A stretch of 20,416 nt of DNA, from assembly GCA_049472355.1 (NCBI GenBank), contig JBLIRP010000068.1, forward strand, positions 1 through 20,416, given 5' to 3'. Position 1 is the first letter of the stretch; every line of letters starts with the position of its first letter. Below the pieces are notes generated by a model. That model saw only the letters and a program-made list of their open reading frames with translations, did not search any database and was not told the origin of the DNA. The position numbers and the translations under genes are program-made. The DNA is from a bacterium (GTDB taxonomy: Bacteria; SZUA-182; DTGQ01; JAFGSM01). Below are positions 1 through 8,882 of this stretch, one piece after another.

Positions 1-1
1 G

Positions 2-292
2 GGAAAGGGGGGGTCCCTGAAGATCTCCACCGGGGTCATAAAGAGGGAGGATCGAGGAGATCAGCGGGAGTATGTCCGGGTAGCATTCTCAGACACAGGG
101 GGCGGAATCGATCCCTCCATCAAAAACAAGATATTCGAACATTTCTTTTCCACCAAGGAGTCGGGAACCGGACTGGGATTGGCCGTGGTCAACCGGGTGA
201 TCAAAACCCATGACGGATTTATAGAACTGGAGAGCGATCAAGGAAGGGGATCAACGTTTTTCATCCACCTTCCCATAGACAAGGAATGCTAA
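2..292 (+). CDS. Sensor histidine kinase, C-terminal HATPase_c fragment (5' part outside window)
   Basis: Not in the ORF track. Manual translation of frame 2 gives ...VRVAFSDTGGGIDPSIKNKIFEHFFSTKESGTGLGLAVVNRVIKTHDGFIELESDQGRGSTFFIHLP..., with G1 (DTGGGI), F (IFEHFFSTK), G2 (GTGLGL) and G3 boxes. Stop TAA at 290-292, directly upstream of a response regulator. Confidence 0.93.
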   Translation, partial: GKGGSLKISTGVIKREDRGDQREYVRVAFSDTGGGIDPSIKNKIFEHFFSTKESGTGLGLAVVNRVIKTHDGFIELESDQGRGSTFFIHLPIDKEC

Positions 293-301
293 GGGAATGG
301 C

Positions 302-330
302 TTGACAGGGTATAAGGGGTTTGGTAGAGT
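302..330 (+). promoter_or_regulatory. Sigma-70-type promoter for the response regulator
   Basis: TTGACA (302-307), 17-nt spacer, TAGAGT (325-330), preceded by an extended -10 TG (322-323). Confidence 0.65.
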
Positions 331-374
331 ATAAAAACCTTATATAAGAACGGCTTACAGGAGACAGTCCTACT

Positions 375-1751
375 ATGAAGGGAAAACGAATCAAGATACT
401 TATCATCGATGATGATCCTGAAATCATATGGATTCTTACCGAGGCGCTCCAGGAGGAGGGGTATCAAATCTTCTCCGGCGACTGTGGAAAGGCCGGTTTA
501 AAGATCGTAAAGGCGGAAAAACCCGAACTGGTTCTCCTGGATATCAAGATGTCCGACATGAACGGCCTGGAAGTGCTCGAGAAAATAAAGGAGCAGGCCA
601 AGAATACCGCGGTCATCATGCTCTCCGCACATGGTGAGACCAAGATGGTGGTCCAGGCCATGCAGTTTGGCGCAACGGACTTTGTCACCAAGCCCTTCGA
701 CAAGGATGAATTGCTCATCACCATCAACAAGGTGCTGGAACGCCGGGAACTCGAAACCCAGTTTGAGAGTCTGAAGAAAAAACTCAAATCAAAATCCGAT
801 TATGAGGATTTCATCGGCGACAGCAACCTGATTGTAAACGTCAAAAAGATGATCGAGCAGGTTGCCGACACCGAATTAACGGTTTTGGTCAGGGGAGAAA
901 GCGGGACCGGCAAGGAGCTGGTAACCAGGGCCATTCACAGTATGTCCAATCGCCGGGACAAGCCTTTTGTCAAGGTAAATTGCGCAACCCTCCCGGAAAA
1001 CCTTCTCGAATCGGAGCTCTTCGGCTATGAACGGGGCGCCTTCACCGGCGCGCAGAGACCCAAACCGGGGCGTTTCGAATTCGCTCATGAAGGGACCATC
1101 TTCCTGGATGAGATCGCGGAAATGCCCACCTCCCTTCAGGCCAAGTTGCTCCAGGTGCTGGAAGAAAAGGAATTCACCCGGCTGGGAGGAAAGAACCCCG
1201 TAAGGGTGGATGTGAGGATCATTGCCGCGACCAACCGGGATCTTGAAGAGGGCATCAAAAACGGGAGCTTCCGTGAGGACCTCTTCTACCGGTTGAACGA
1301 GGTAGCCATATTCCTTCCCCCGCTCAGGGAGCACAAGGAAGACATTCCCCTTATCGTGGAATACTTCATGGAGAAATATACCAATCTGTACGGCAAGGAG
1401 TACAAGCCCCTCTCTCCCAATACCATGGGCCTGTTCATGAAATATGAGTGGCCGGGAAATGTCAGGGAGCTGGAAAATCTGATAAAAAAGATCATCGTCC
1501 TGGGTAACGAAGAGATTGTCTGCAGCATCATCCCTCATGATGTGGTTGCGGGGAAGGTTGTCTATAAGGCGAACGATAAATTCGTCCCTCTCAAGGAAAT
1601 CAGTAAGCAGGCGGTGCAAAAGGCGGAAAAGGCCTATATAAAGAGGGCGCTGAACATGACCAACTGGAACCGTATTCAGGCGGCAAACCTGCTCCAGGTA
1701 AGCTATCGCTCACTGCTGAGCAAGATCAAGGAATACGATATACGCCCCTGA
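375..1751 (+). CDS. Sigma-54-dependent response regulator (REC-AAA+-HTH Fis; NtrC/AtoC/ZraR family)
   Basis: Receiver domain (LIIDDD, VLLDIKM phospho-Asp, TKPF), Walker A GESGTGKE, ESELFG and GAFTGA, Walker B IFLDEI, FREDLFYRLN, WPGNVRELEN, C-terminal HTH (WNRIQAANLLQVSYRSL). Confidence 0.97.
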   Translation: MKGKRIKILIIDDDPEIIWILTEALQEEGYQIFSGDCGKAGLKIVKAEKPELVLLDIKMSDMNGLEVLEKIKEQAKNTAVIMLSAHGETKMVVQAMQFGATDFVTKPFDKDELLITINKVLERRELETQFESLKKKLKSKSDYEDFIGDSNLIVNVKKMIEQVADTELTVLVRGESGTGKELVTRAIHSMSNRRDKPFVKVNCATLPENLLESELFGYERGAFTGAQRPKPGRFEFAHEGTIFLDEIAEMPTSLQAKLLQVLEEKEFTRLGGKNPVRVDVRIIAATNRDLEEGIKNGSFREDLFYRLNEVAIFLPPLREHKEDIPLIVEYFMEKYTNLYGKEYKPLSPNTMGLFMKYEWPGNVRELENLIKKIIVLGNEEIVCSIIPHDVVAGKVVYKANDKFVPLKEISKQAVQKAEKAYIKRALNMTNWNRIQAANLLQVSYRSLLSKIKEYDIRP

Positions 1752-1821
1752 ACTCGTCCATGCGGAACCATTTGGTCTACATTCACGCCCTGCGTGGATG
1801 CAAGCCGGGGTTATGAAATGG

Positions 1822-1839
1822 GATGCATATATGTGCATC
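1822..1839. promoter_or_regulatory. Candidate enhancer (UAS) palindrome for a sigma-54 activator
   Basis: GATGCA-TATATG-TGCATC inverted repeat about 150 bp upstream of the -24 element. Confidence 0.45.
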
Positions 1840-1989
1840 ACCATACACAGGATGATTTTACCGAAATGGCAATCTTAAAAAACTGGGGCGCGCTCGCCGA
1901 CATCGGGAGCAAACAGGGCGCATCGATATTTACTTTTAAAACAAAATGTTTTAATTTTCATCCCGTTTTTTTGACGGGCGAACCTTTTA

Positions 1990-2005
1990 TGGCATAGATA
2001 TTGCA
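1990..2005 (+). promoter_or_regulatory. Sigma-54 (-24/-12) promoter
   Basis: TGGCATAGATATTGCA matches TGGCACG-N4-TTGCW with exact GG(1991-92)/GC(2003-04) spacing. It is intergenic, downstream of a bEBP gene and upstream of the 2118 ORF. Confidence 0.8.
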
Positions 2006-2117
2006 GAATTAAAGGAGTAAAAATCTGATAAGATTTTGTTATTTATGTAATTGTTTTTATCCTTAATCCGGAAAAAATGAATGATTGGTTATTACGTAAG
2101 CTGGGGGGGGAAGGGAA

Positions 2118-2747
2118 ATGAACATGGAACAACACGAAAAACTCCTTGAAGAAAATTCCAAACTGAAGAAAAAGCTGCGTGCCTTGATGGAGGATTGTAA
2201 ATCGCTTACCCGGATCAACAGCGATCTCAAGGATAATGTCTTCATCGATGATGTGACGCTCCTTTACAATAACCGCTACCTGAACATCAGGCTCGATGAG
2301 GAAATGAAGCGGGCGAAGCGCTATACCCAATTCCTCTCCATCGTGCTCATAAGCGTGGATTCCCTGACCGAGGAGATCAAGAAGAGCGGCCTCGAACCTG
2401 TGGCTGAAAAATTACGCCGTTTCGGCGATTTTATCCGTGCCAACCTGCGGGACACCGATATTCTCTCGCAACTTAAACCCGGGATACTGGCGCTCATTTT
2501 ACCGGAGACAAATCTGGACGGGGCCAGCAGCCTTTCAGAGCGATTAAAGGAACAGATCATCCTGGCCTACTCCAATTTCGATTCCGCCAACCCGAAACAG
2601 GAAAAGGCGTTGAGCATCGGTATTGCCTCCTATCCGACTGATGCGCGAATGATCGAAGAGCTCCTCCATAAGGGAACGGAGATGCTGGAGCGTTCAAAAA
2701 GCAGCCCTGCAAATGCAATTTGCAGCTCTCTCGGCGGCATGCAGTAG
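2118..2747 (+). CDS. Degenerate GGDEF-domain protein with N-terminal coiled coil; probable c-di-GMP receptor
   Basis: DDVTLLYNNRYL (DxLTGLxNRR-like), EEMKRAKRY...LSIVLI, LRDTD (RxxD I-site), ILPET and LSIGIASYP. The GG(D/E)EF position reads KPGIL. A G-rich SD precedes the ATG. Confidence 0.85.
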   Translation: MNMEQHEKLLEENSKLKKKLRALMEDCKSLTRINSDLKDNVFIDDVTLLYNNRYLNIRLDEEMKRAKRYTQFLSIVLISVDSLTEEIKKSGLEPVAEKLRRFGDFIRANLRDTDILSQLKPGILALILPETNLDGASSLSERLKEQIILAYSNFDSANPKQEKALSIGIASYPTDARMIEELLHKGTEMLERSKSSPANAICSSLGGMQ

Positions 2748-2862
2748 CGCCCTTCCAGGGGATATCTTCCCGTTCGTGGGGCATGATCGTCAATTGACCC
2801 TGCCATCGACGTGATGTCTTTGTAATACTGTATACTATTCCATATTTTCCCAACCGCTTTTA

Positions 2863-2892
2863 TTGACAGACGCTTCCCATACATGATACTAT
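2863..2892 (+). promoter_or_regulatory. Sigma-70-type promoter for the UPF0182-ftsY-rib run
   Basis: TTGACA (2863-2868), 18-nt spacer including TG (2884-85), TACTAT (2887-2892). Confidence 0.6.
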
Positions 2893-3011
2893 CATGACGA
2901 TTTCGCTGGGTAATTCCGGGAATTTTGCTTCCCTTTTCCCCTTCATCGCATGACGACATTGATCCAACCTTGTGTTAATGCAGGACACAAACTGGAAGGA
3001 GAACGTATAAC

Positions 3012-5840
3012 ATGAAACGGAACAAGCTCTTCATTGTGTTGATCATTGCGTTCCTCATCTTTGTCTTTTCAGGACAATTTTTTACGATTTATACGGATCT
3101 CCTCTGGTTTAAAGCGGTCCAGTACGTCGGCGTATTCTGGACCATGCTCGGGGCAAAATTTTTTATCGGGCTCGTGTTTGCCGCCGCCTTTCTTATCCTC
3201 TTTATGGTAAATCTCGCAATCGCCCGTTTCATGCGGCCAAACAAGCTCAACTGGAAGATCCCCATCCGCAGACAGGATGTGGTTCACGTCATGGAATTGG
3301 AACCGAAACAGGTGAACCTGTTCATCATCCTGGTCGGCGTACTGTTGGCCGTCGGCATGGGAATATGGCCGGCCCTTAACCACTGGGATGCAATCCTCAA
3401 GTTCATCCACCAGGTTCCCTTCGGACAGCCGGATCCGATCTTCGGCAAGGATATCGGTTTCTTTGTATTCTCCTATCCCATCCTCGTGCTCCTCCAACAC
3501 TGGCTCTTCTACTCCACCATCATTTTATTGCTGGCAAGCGGATTCGTCTATGTAAAGGACCGCGCCATCCATTTGAAGCTGGGTGATTTTCGTTTCGACC
3601 GGCGGGCAAAGGCCCACCTGTCCACCCTTTGTGCCGTCGTTCTCATACTGATCGCATGGGACAAGCGATTAAAGATGTTCGGTCTCCTCTATTCACCGAG
3701 GGGAGCGGCATTCGGTGCGAGTTACACGGACATGCATGCCCAGATGGTGGCATACTGGGCCGTGCTGGTCATCGCAGCGGCGTGCGCCATTCTCTTTTGG
3801 ATCAACATCTCCTCAAAGGGCTGGAAGGTCCCCGTGATAGGCGTCGGGGTCATGCTCGTCGTTTCCATTATCATAAGCGGATTCTACCCCGCCATCATTC
3901 AGAAATTCGTTGTCGAGCCCAACGAACTGCAGAAGGAAACCCCCTACATCCTGAACAATATCAAACACACCCTCATGGGGTACAAGCTCCACACGCTGGA
4001 GGACCGGGATTTCGTTGCCTCACCGGACCTCACCATGGAGGACATCCGTGCGAATTCCGCTACCATTAACAATATCAAGCTGTGGGATAAAAACCCCCTC
4101 AAGCAGACCTATGCACAGATGCAGGAATTGAGACCCTACTACAAATTCGCCAATATCGATGAAGACCGATATACGATCAATGGGGAATATACCCAGGTGA
4201 TGCTTTCCGCGCGGGAGATGGTGCAGGAGATGCTTCCGGGTGAGGCAAAGACCTTTGAAAACCAGCGATTCAAATACACCCACGGGTACGGCATCTGCAT
4301 GAGCCCGGTCACTCATGTCACCGAGAAGGGTCTTCCCCTCCTCATGATCAAGGACATCCCCCCCGTAACCCAAGCCGACCTCACGATTAAGAGACCCGAG
4401 GTCTATTACGGGGAAAGCACCTTCAACTATGTCATCGTGAACAGCAAGAGTGAGGAGTTTGATTATCCCAAGGGGGACAAAAACGCCTACACGAATTACG
4501 CCGGCGAAGGGGGCGTGCCTATCGGGTCTCTCTGGGCAAAGACCCTTTTTGCCTTCCGCTTTTCCGATCCGAAGATCCTGCTCACCGGGTACACAACGCC
4601 GGAAAGCCGCATCATGTTTCATCGCCATATCCGCGAACGGGTGCGCACACTGGCCCCCTTCCTCCTTTTCGACAGCGATCCCTATCTGGTCCTGGCCGAC
4701 GGGAGGCTCTTCTGGATTCAGGATGCCTACACCGTAACCGATAAGTTTCCCTATTCGGAACCCTATCGCCTTGCCATGGATCTGGAACGATCGGGAAACC
4801 CCATGTCACCGTTCAGCGCCTTCAGGGCACGGGCACGGATGGGGGGCATCCGCATCAATTACATCCGAAACGCGGTGAAGGTCATCATCAACGCATATAC
4901 GGGAAGGATGGACCTCTATGTAAGCGATCCCGAGGACCCCATCATCCGAACCTACGGCAACATCTTCCCCGGCCTGTTCAAGGAACTTGAGGACATGCCG
5001 TCATATCTCAGAAACCACATCCGCTACCCCAGGGATCTCTTTGCGATGCAATCATCCATGTATGCGACCTACCACATGGAGGACCCCCAGGTCTTTTACA
5101 ACAAGGAGGACCTCTGGGAACCACCCTTGAAGGTGGAGGGGCAGGGGGAAAACTCGCAGTACTACCAGCCGATGGACCCCTACTATGTCACGCTTAAGTT
5201 GAAGGACTACGGCCGTGAGGAGTTTCTCCTCATGCTTCCCTTCACCCCCTTCGGTGAAAAAAAGAATAATATGATCGCCTGGATGTGCGGGCGGTGCGAC
5301 GGAGATGACTATGGAAGGCTCCTCATCTATAAGTTCCCCAAGGAAAAACTGGTGTACGGCCCCCGTCAGATAGAATCACGGATCGATCAGCAAACGGAGA
5401 TATCCAGTGAGCTGACCCTGTGGAGCCAGCGGGGATCCGAGGTGTTCAGGGGAGAGCTTCTGGTCATCCCCATCGAGGAATCGATTCTCTATATTGAACC
5501 GGTGTTCCTTATGGCCAGCCAGGATGAACTGCCGGAGCTCAAGCGGGTCATTGTCGTCTTCGGCGATATGGTTGTAATGAGGGAGACGCTCGATGAGGCA
5601 TTGCGGGCCGCATTTATGCAAGAGGAGCCACGGGCGACACCCCTCAAGGAAAAGGCGCGGGAATTACCAACGACTCCCCGGGACGAGTCCCTGTCGGGGC
5701 TTGTCAGACAGGCCAGGGATCTCTATGAATCGGCCATTGAAAAACAAAGGGGCGGGGATTGGGCCGGATATGGAAACACGCTGTCCGAGCTGGAGGCGGT
5801 TTTGAAAAGACTGGAAGCCCTTTCCGGCAATGAAGGGTAA
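3012..5840 (+). CDS. UPF0182 family membrane protein (COG1615)
   Basis: 942 aa with N-terminal TM helices. Motifs YTDLLWF, FGQPDPIFGKDIGFFVF, GASYTD, VEPNELQKETPYI, IKLWD, YTHGYG, RPEVYYGE, DPYLV, WIQDAYT, NYIRNAVK, HIRYP, FYNKEDLW, YGPRQI and LYIEPVFL. SD GAAGGAG. Confidence 0.95.
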   Translation: MKRNKLFIVLIIAFLIFVFSGQFFTIYTDLLWFKAVQYVGVFWTMLGAKFFIGLVFAAAFLILFMVNLAIARFMRPNKLNWKIPIRRQDVVHVMELEPKQVNLFIILVGVLLAVGMGIWPALNHWDAILKFIHQVPFGQPDPIFGKDIGFFVFSYPILVLLQHWLFYSTIILLLASGFVYVKDRAIHLKLGDFRFDRRAKAHLSTLCAVVLILIAWDKRLKMFGLLYSPRGAAFGASYTDMHAQMVAYWAVLVIAAACAILFWINISSKGWKVPVIGVGVMLVVSIIISGFYPAIIQKFVVEPNELQKETPYILNNIKHTLMGYKLHTLEDRDFVASPDLTMEDIRANSATINNIKLWDKNPLKQTYAQMQELRPYYKFANIDEDRYTINGEYTQVMLSAREMVQEMLPGEAKTFENQRFKYTHGYGICMSPVTHVTEKGLPLLMIKDIPPVTQADLTIKRPEVYYGESTFNYVIVNSKSEEFDYPKGDKNAYTNYAGEGGVPIGSLWAKTLFAFRFSDPKILLTGYTTPESRIMFHRHIRERVRTLAPFLLFDSDPYLVLADGRLFWIQDAYTVTDKFPYSEPYRLAMDLERSGNPMSPFSAFRARARMGGIRINYIRNAVKVIINAYTGRMDLYVSDPEDPIIRTYGNIFPGLFKELEDMPSYLRNHIRYPRDLFAMQSSMYATYHMEDPQVFYNKEDLWEPPLKVEGQGENSQYYQPMDPYYVTLKLKDYGREEFLLMLPFTPFGEKKNNMIAWMCGRCDGDDYGRLLIYKFPKEKLVYGPRQIESRIDQQTEISSELTLWSQRGSEVFRGELLVIPIEESILYIEPVFLMASQDELPELKRVIVVFGDMVVMRETLDEALRAAFMQEEPRATPLKEKARELPTTPRDESLSGLVRQARDLYESAIEKQRGGDWAGYGNTLSELEAVLKRLEALSGNEG

Positions 5841-6672
5841 GGCAACCATTCGGAGGGGCGAGGCATTGGCACTGCATACTGTGGAGATCGGGACCATCGG
5901 TAGAATACTCCTTTTTGTTCTCCTTATGGTGTCGTCGACTGCCGCGTTTTGGGGGTGCGCCTCCCGTGATGAGCTCATCAAGCAATCCACCAGGCACTAT
6001 GAGTACGGCCTGGTCTACCTGGAACAGGGTGATCTCGCCCAGGCATACGAGGAATTCGGCAAGGCCCGGGAGATCCTGCCCGACGATGACAGGGCCCATT
6101 TCGGATTGGGCCTGGCCCTTTACTTTCAGGGCAAGTTCGAGCAATCCTTCCTCGCCTATCAAAGGGCCATCGCATTGAATCCCCAGGTGCCGGAGTATTA
6201 CAACAATATGGCCGCCACCCTTGGGAAGATGGCACGATGGAAGGATGTTATCGAATATTGCCGGGTAGCTCTCGATATGCCCTCGTATTCCACCCCTGGA
6301 TTTGCCTACTACAATATGGGTTGTGCGTACGTCAACCTCGGGAAGGCAGAGAAGGCGATCGAGTGCCTTCGTAAGGCAACCGATGAAAATCCCGATTACA
6401 GCTATGCCCACGTGCAATTGGGAAAGGCCCTTGCCATGAGGGGAAACTACTCCGACGCCATTCTCAGCCTCCGGCAGGCACAGCACCTGGAGGTGGTGTC
6501 GTCCTCCGGCGACATCCTTCTTCATGCTGAAATTGACTACTATCTGGGCCAATCCTATTTGGGACTCGGCGACACCTCTTCCGCCAGGGATGCATTCCGT
6601 TCGGTCATCGAAAGGGCGCCCGGCAGCAAACTGGCCAAGGATTCGGCTACGTACCTCAAGGGTTCTCGGTAA
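5830..6672 (+). CDS. Tetratricopeptide-repeat lipoprotein (PilF/Tgl-like)
   Basis: Hydrophobic signal ending in lipobox-like AFWG-C, followed by several TPR repeats (HYEYGLVYLEQG, AHFGLGLALYFQG, AYYNMGCAY, AHVQLGKAL, YYLGQSY). The true start may be slightly downstream. Confidence 0.82.
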   Translation: MKGKATIRRGEALALHTVEIGTIGRILLFVLLMVSSTAAFWGCASRDELIKQSTRHYEYGLVYLEQGDLAQAYEEFGKAREILPDDDRAHFGLGLALYFQGKFEQSFLAYQRAIALNPQVPEYYNNMAATLGKMARWKDVIEYCRVALDMPSYSTPGFAYYNMGCAYVNLGKAEKAIECLRKATDENPDYSYAHVQLGKALAMRGNYSDAILSLRQAQHLEVVSSSGDILLHAEIDYYLGQSYLGLGDTSSARDAFRSVIERAPGSKLAKDSATYLKGSR

Positions 6673-6756
6673 CCCCTCACATACGGATGGACTCCTGCGG
6701 AACATATGACATGATGCACGATGGATATTCGGATCCATGGAATGGAGCGGACGTGG

Positions 6757-7710
6757 ATGGATGATGACGGTGCGACGAAACGACCCGCCTGGTTCAAAAG
6801 GCTGAGTGCCGGACTCAATAAGACCCATACTACCCTTGTTCGACGACTTGAGGGCCTTCTGAAAAACCGGACGCGTCTCGACATAGACCTCATCGAGAAG
6901 ATCGAAGAGGCCCTGATACTGGCGGACTGCGGCATCCAGACAAGCGCCCTGATCATTGAGCGTCTTAAGGAGCGCTACGAGCATCGCAACCAAACGCCTC
7001 CCCTCGACATCCTGAAGTCCGTCATTTTCGAGATGCTCCAAAAGGCGCAGGCGCCCCTTGCCCGCGATGGTCACAAGCCATTTGTCATGATGGTGCTGGG
7101 GGTAAACGGCGTGGGCAAAACCACCACCATTGCAAAGATTGCCCACCATCTGCGGCAACAGGGGCGGCAGGTACTCCTGATCGCCGGTGATACCTTCCGC
7201 GCCGCAGCCATCGAACAGCTCCAGATCTGGGCGGACAGAATCGACACGCAGATGGTGCGGCACAAACTGGGTGCGGACCCTTCCGCAGTGGTCTTCGACG
7301 GCATTCGCGCCGCTCAGGCACGGGGAATCGACTGTGTGATCGTTGATACCGCAGGTCGTCTGCACACCAAGAAAAACCTCATGGCCGAGCTGGAAAAGAT
7401 GAAGAGGGTGATCGAACGGGAAATCCCCGGGGCCCCTCACGAGGTCATCCTGGTTCTGGACGCCACCACCGGCCAAAATGCCATACAACAGGCCCGGGAG
7501 TTTCATCAGAGAATAGGGCTCACCGGCATCGCCCTTGCAAAACTCGATGGGACCGCCAGGGGAGGGATCATTATCGGTATTGCCAACGAACTGGATATAC
7601 CGGTGAAATTTATCGGTATCGGGGAGGGGATAGAAGATCTCAGGGAATTTGATCCCTCCGTTTTTATTGATGCCCTTTTCAAAGAAGCAGGTGATGAACG
7701 TGGCGATTAG
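6757..7710 (+). CDS. ftsY: Signal recognition particle receptor FtsY (short NG-only form)
   Basis: GVNGVGKTTTIAK, DTFRAAAIEQL, DPSAVVFD, DTAGRLHTK, LDATTGQN, KLDGTARGG and GIGEGIEDL. The longest ORF starts at 6721; ATG 6757 has a GGAG SD. Confidence 0.97.
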   Translation: MDDDGATKRPAWFKRLSAGLNKTHTTLVRRLEGLLKNRTRLDIDLIEKIEEALILADCGIQTSALIIERLKERYEHRNQTPPLDILKSVIFEMLQKAQAPLARDGHKPFVMMVLGVNGVGKTTTIAKIAHHLRQQGRQVLLIAGDTFRAAAIEQLQIWADRIDTQMVRHKLGADPSAVVFDGIRAAQARGIDCVIVDTAGRLHTKKNLMAELEKMKRVIEREIPGAPHEVILVLDATTGQNAIQQAREFHQRIGLTGIALAKLDGTARGGIIIGIANELDIPVKFIGIGEGIEDLREFDPSVFIDALFKEAGDERGD

Positions 7711-8851
7711 GGATGAAAAGCGCTACATGAAGATGGCCCTTGATCTTGCGGAGAAGGGGAAGGGAAGGGTAAGCCCCAACCCCCTGGTGGGGGCGGTTAT
7801 CGTCAACGGAGACCGGATAGTGGGCACGGGATATCATGCCCGCTACGGGGATGTGCATGCGGAAACCAAGGCCCTCCAGGAGGCGGGATCGGAGGCCAGG
7901 GGCGCGACCCTGTTCATAAATCTGGAGCCGTGCTGCCATCATGGCAAGACCCCCCCCTGTGTCGACCAGATCATCCGGGCCGGCATCTCCAGGGTGGTCG
8001 TCTCCATAAAGGACCCTAACCCCCTGGTGAACGGAAAGAGCATCGATACCCTCAAGGGCAACGGGATCGACGTGAATATAGGGGTAATGGAGAAGGCGGC
8101 CCTTCGATTGAACGAGTATTTCCTCAAATATATCACCACCAATACACCGTTTATCATCCTCAAGTCCGCGATGAGTCTCGACGGGAAGGTGGCGACCAAA
8201 ACCGGCGAATCGAAGTGGGTTACCGGGGAACGCTCCCGTGAATACGTGCATAAACTGCGAAATGAGATCGATGCCACCATGGTGGGTATCGAGACCATCC
8301 TCCGGGACAACCCCAGGCTCACCACGCGGCTCAAATCGGGTGAGGGAAGAGATCCGATTCGCATCGTCATCGACAGCCTCCTGAGAATCCCTCTCCGGGC
8401 ACGGATACTTACCGAGGAATCGAAGGCGTCCAATATCATCGTCACCACGCTCAATGCCCCCATGGATCGAATCAAGCGGTTGGAGGAAAATGGGGCAAAG
8501 GTGCTGTATATCAAGCCAAAGGGGCGGAACCGCGTGGATCTGCTTTCAATGGTAAAGGAGTTGGGTAATCTCCAGATTACCTCACTCCTCATAGAGGGGG
8601 GACCCGGAATCAATGCCTCTGCGATCCAGGAGGGAATCGTGGATAAGGTGATTATGTTCATCGCGCCGCGGATTATCGGAGGCAAGTCCGCACCCAGTGC
8701 CATACAGGGCGAAGGTGTCGCCCGGCTGGAAGAGTCCATAAAGGTTTACGACATAAGGACCGAGAGGCTCGGGGATGACCTGATGGTCGAGGGGTATATC
8801 CAAAAACCCCCGTCCTGCGTCTGGTCCCCCCTCGGTTGTAAGATTAAATAA
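7694..8851 (+). CDS. ribD: Bifunctional riboflavin biosynthesis deaminase/reductase RibD
   Basis: SPNPLVGAVIV, HAE, LEPCCHHGKTPPC, KSAMSLDGK, SKWVTG, DNPRLTTR and LLIEGGP. ATG 7694 overlaps the ftsY end (the ORF track start is 7649). Confidence 0.97.
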   Translation: MNVAIRDEKRYMKMALDLAEKGKGRVSPNPLVGAVIVNGDRIVGTGYHARYGDVHAETKALQEAGSEARGATLFINLEPCCHHGKTPPCVDQIIRAGISRVVVSIKDPNPLVNGKSIDTLKGNGIDVNIGVMEKAALRLNEYFLKYITTNTPFIILKSAMSLDGKVATKTGESKWVTGERSREYVHKLRNEIDATMVGIETILRDNPRLTTRLKSGEGRDPIRIVIDSLLRIPLRARILTEESKASNIIVTTLNAPMDRIKRLEENGAKVLYIKPKGRNRVDLLSMVKELGNLQITSLLIEGGPGINASAIQEGIVDKVIMFIAPRIIGGKSAPSAIQGEGVARLEESIKVYDIRTERLGDDLMVEGYIQKPPSCVWSPLGCKIK

Positions 8852-8863
8852 AAAGGCTATAAT
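8836..8863 (+). promoter_or_regulatory. Possible internal sigma-70 promoter upstream of ribE
   Basis: TTGTAA (8836-8841), 16 nt, perfect TATAAT (8858-8863) in an AT-rich patch, followed by SD GGAG and ATG 8883. Confidence 0.45.
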
Positions 8864-8882
8864 ATAAATAATGGAGTAGAAT

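Noticed and set aside
2826..2845. TACTGTATAC resembling an E. coli-type LexA box
   Set aside because: Only the left half matches; the ACAG half-site is absent.
2748..3011. FMN riboswitch for the rib genes
   Set aside because: No recognisable RFN motifs (e.g. AGGGCGGGGTGAAATTCCC…ACCGGCGG) here or before ribD or ribE.
5704..7506. 600-aa minus-strand ORF (and similar shadows such as 876-1619, 4020-4628, 7939-8739, 8844-9722 and 13839-14942)
   Set aside because: They lie antisense to well-supported genes and have no recognisable motifs, as expected from codon bias in GC-rich coding DNA.
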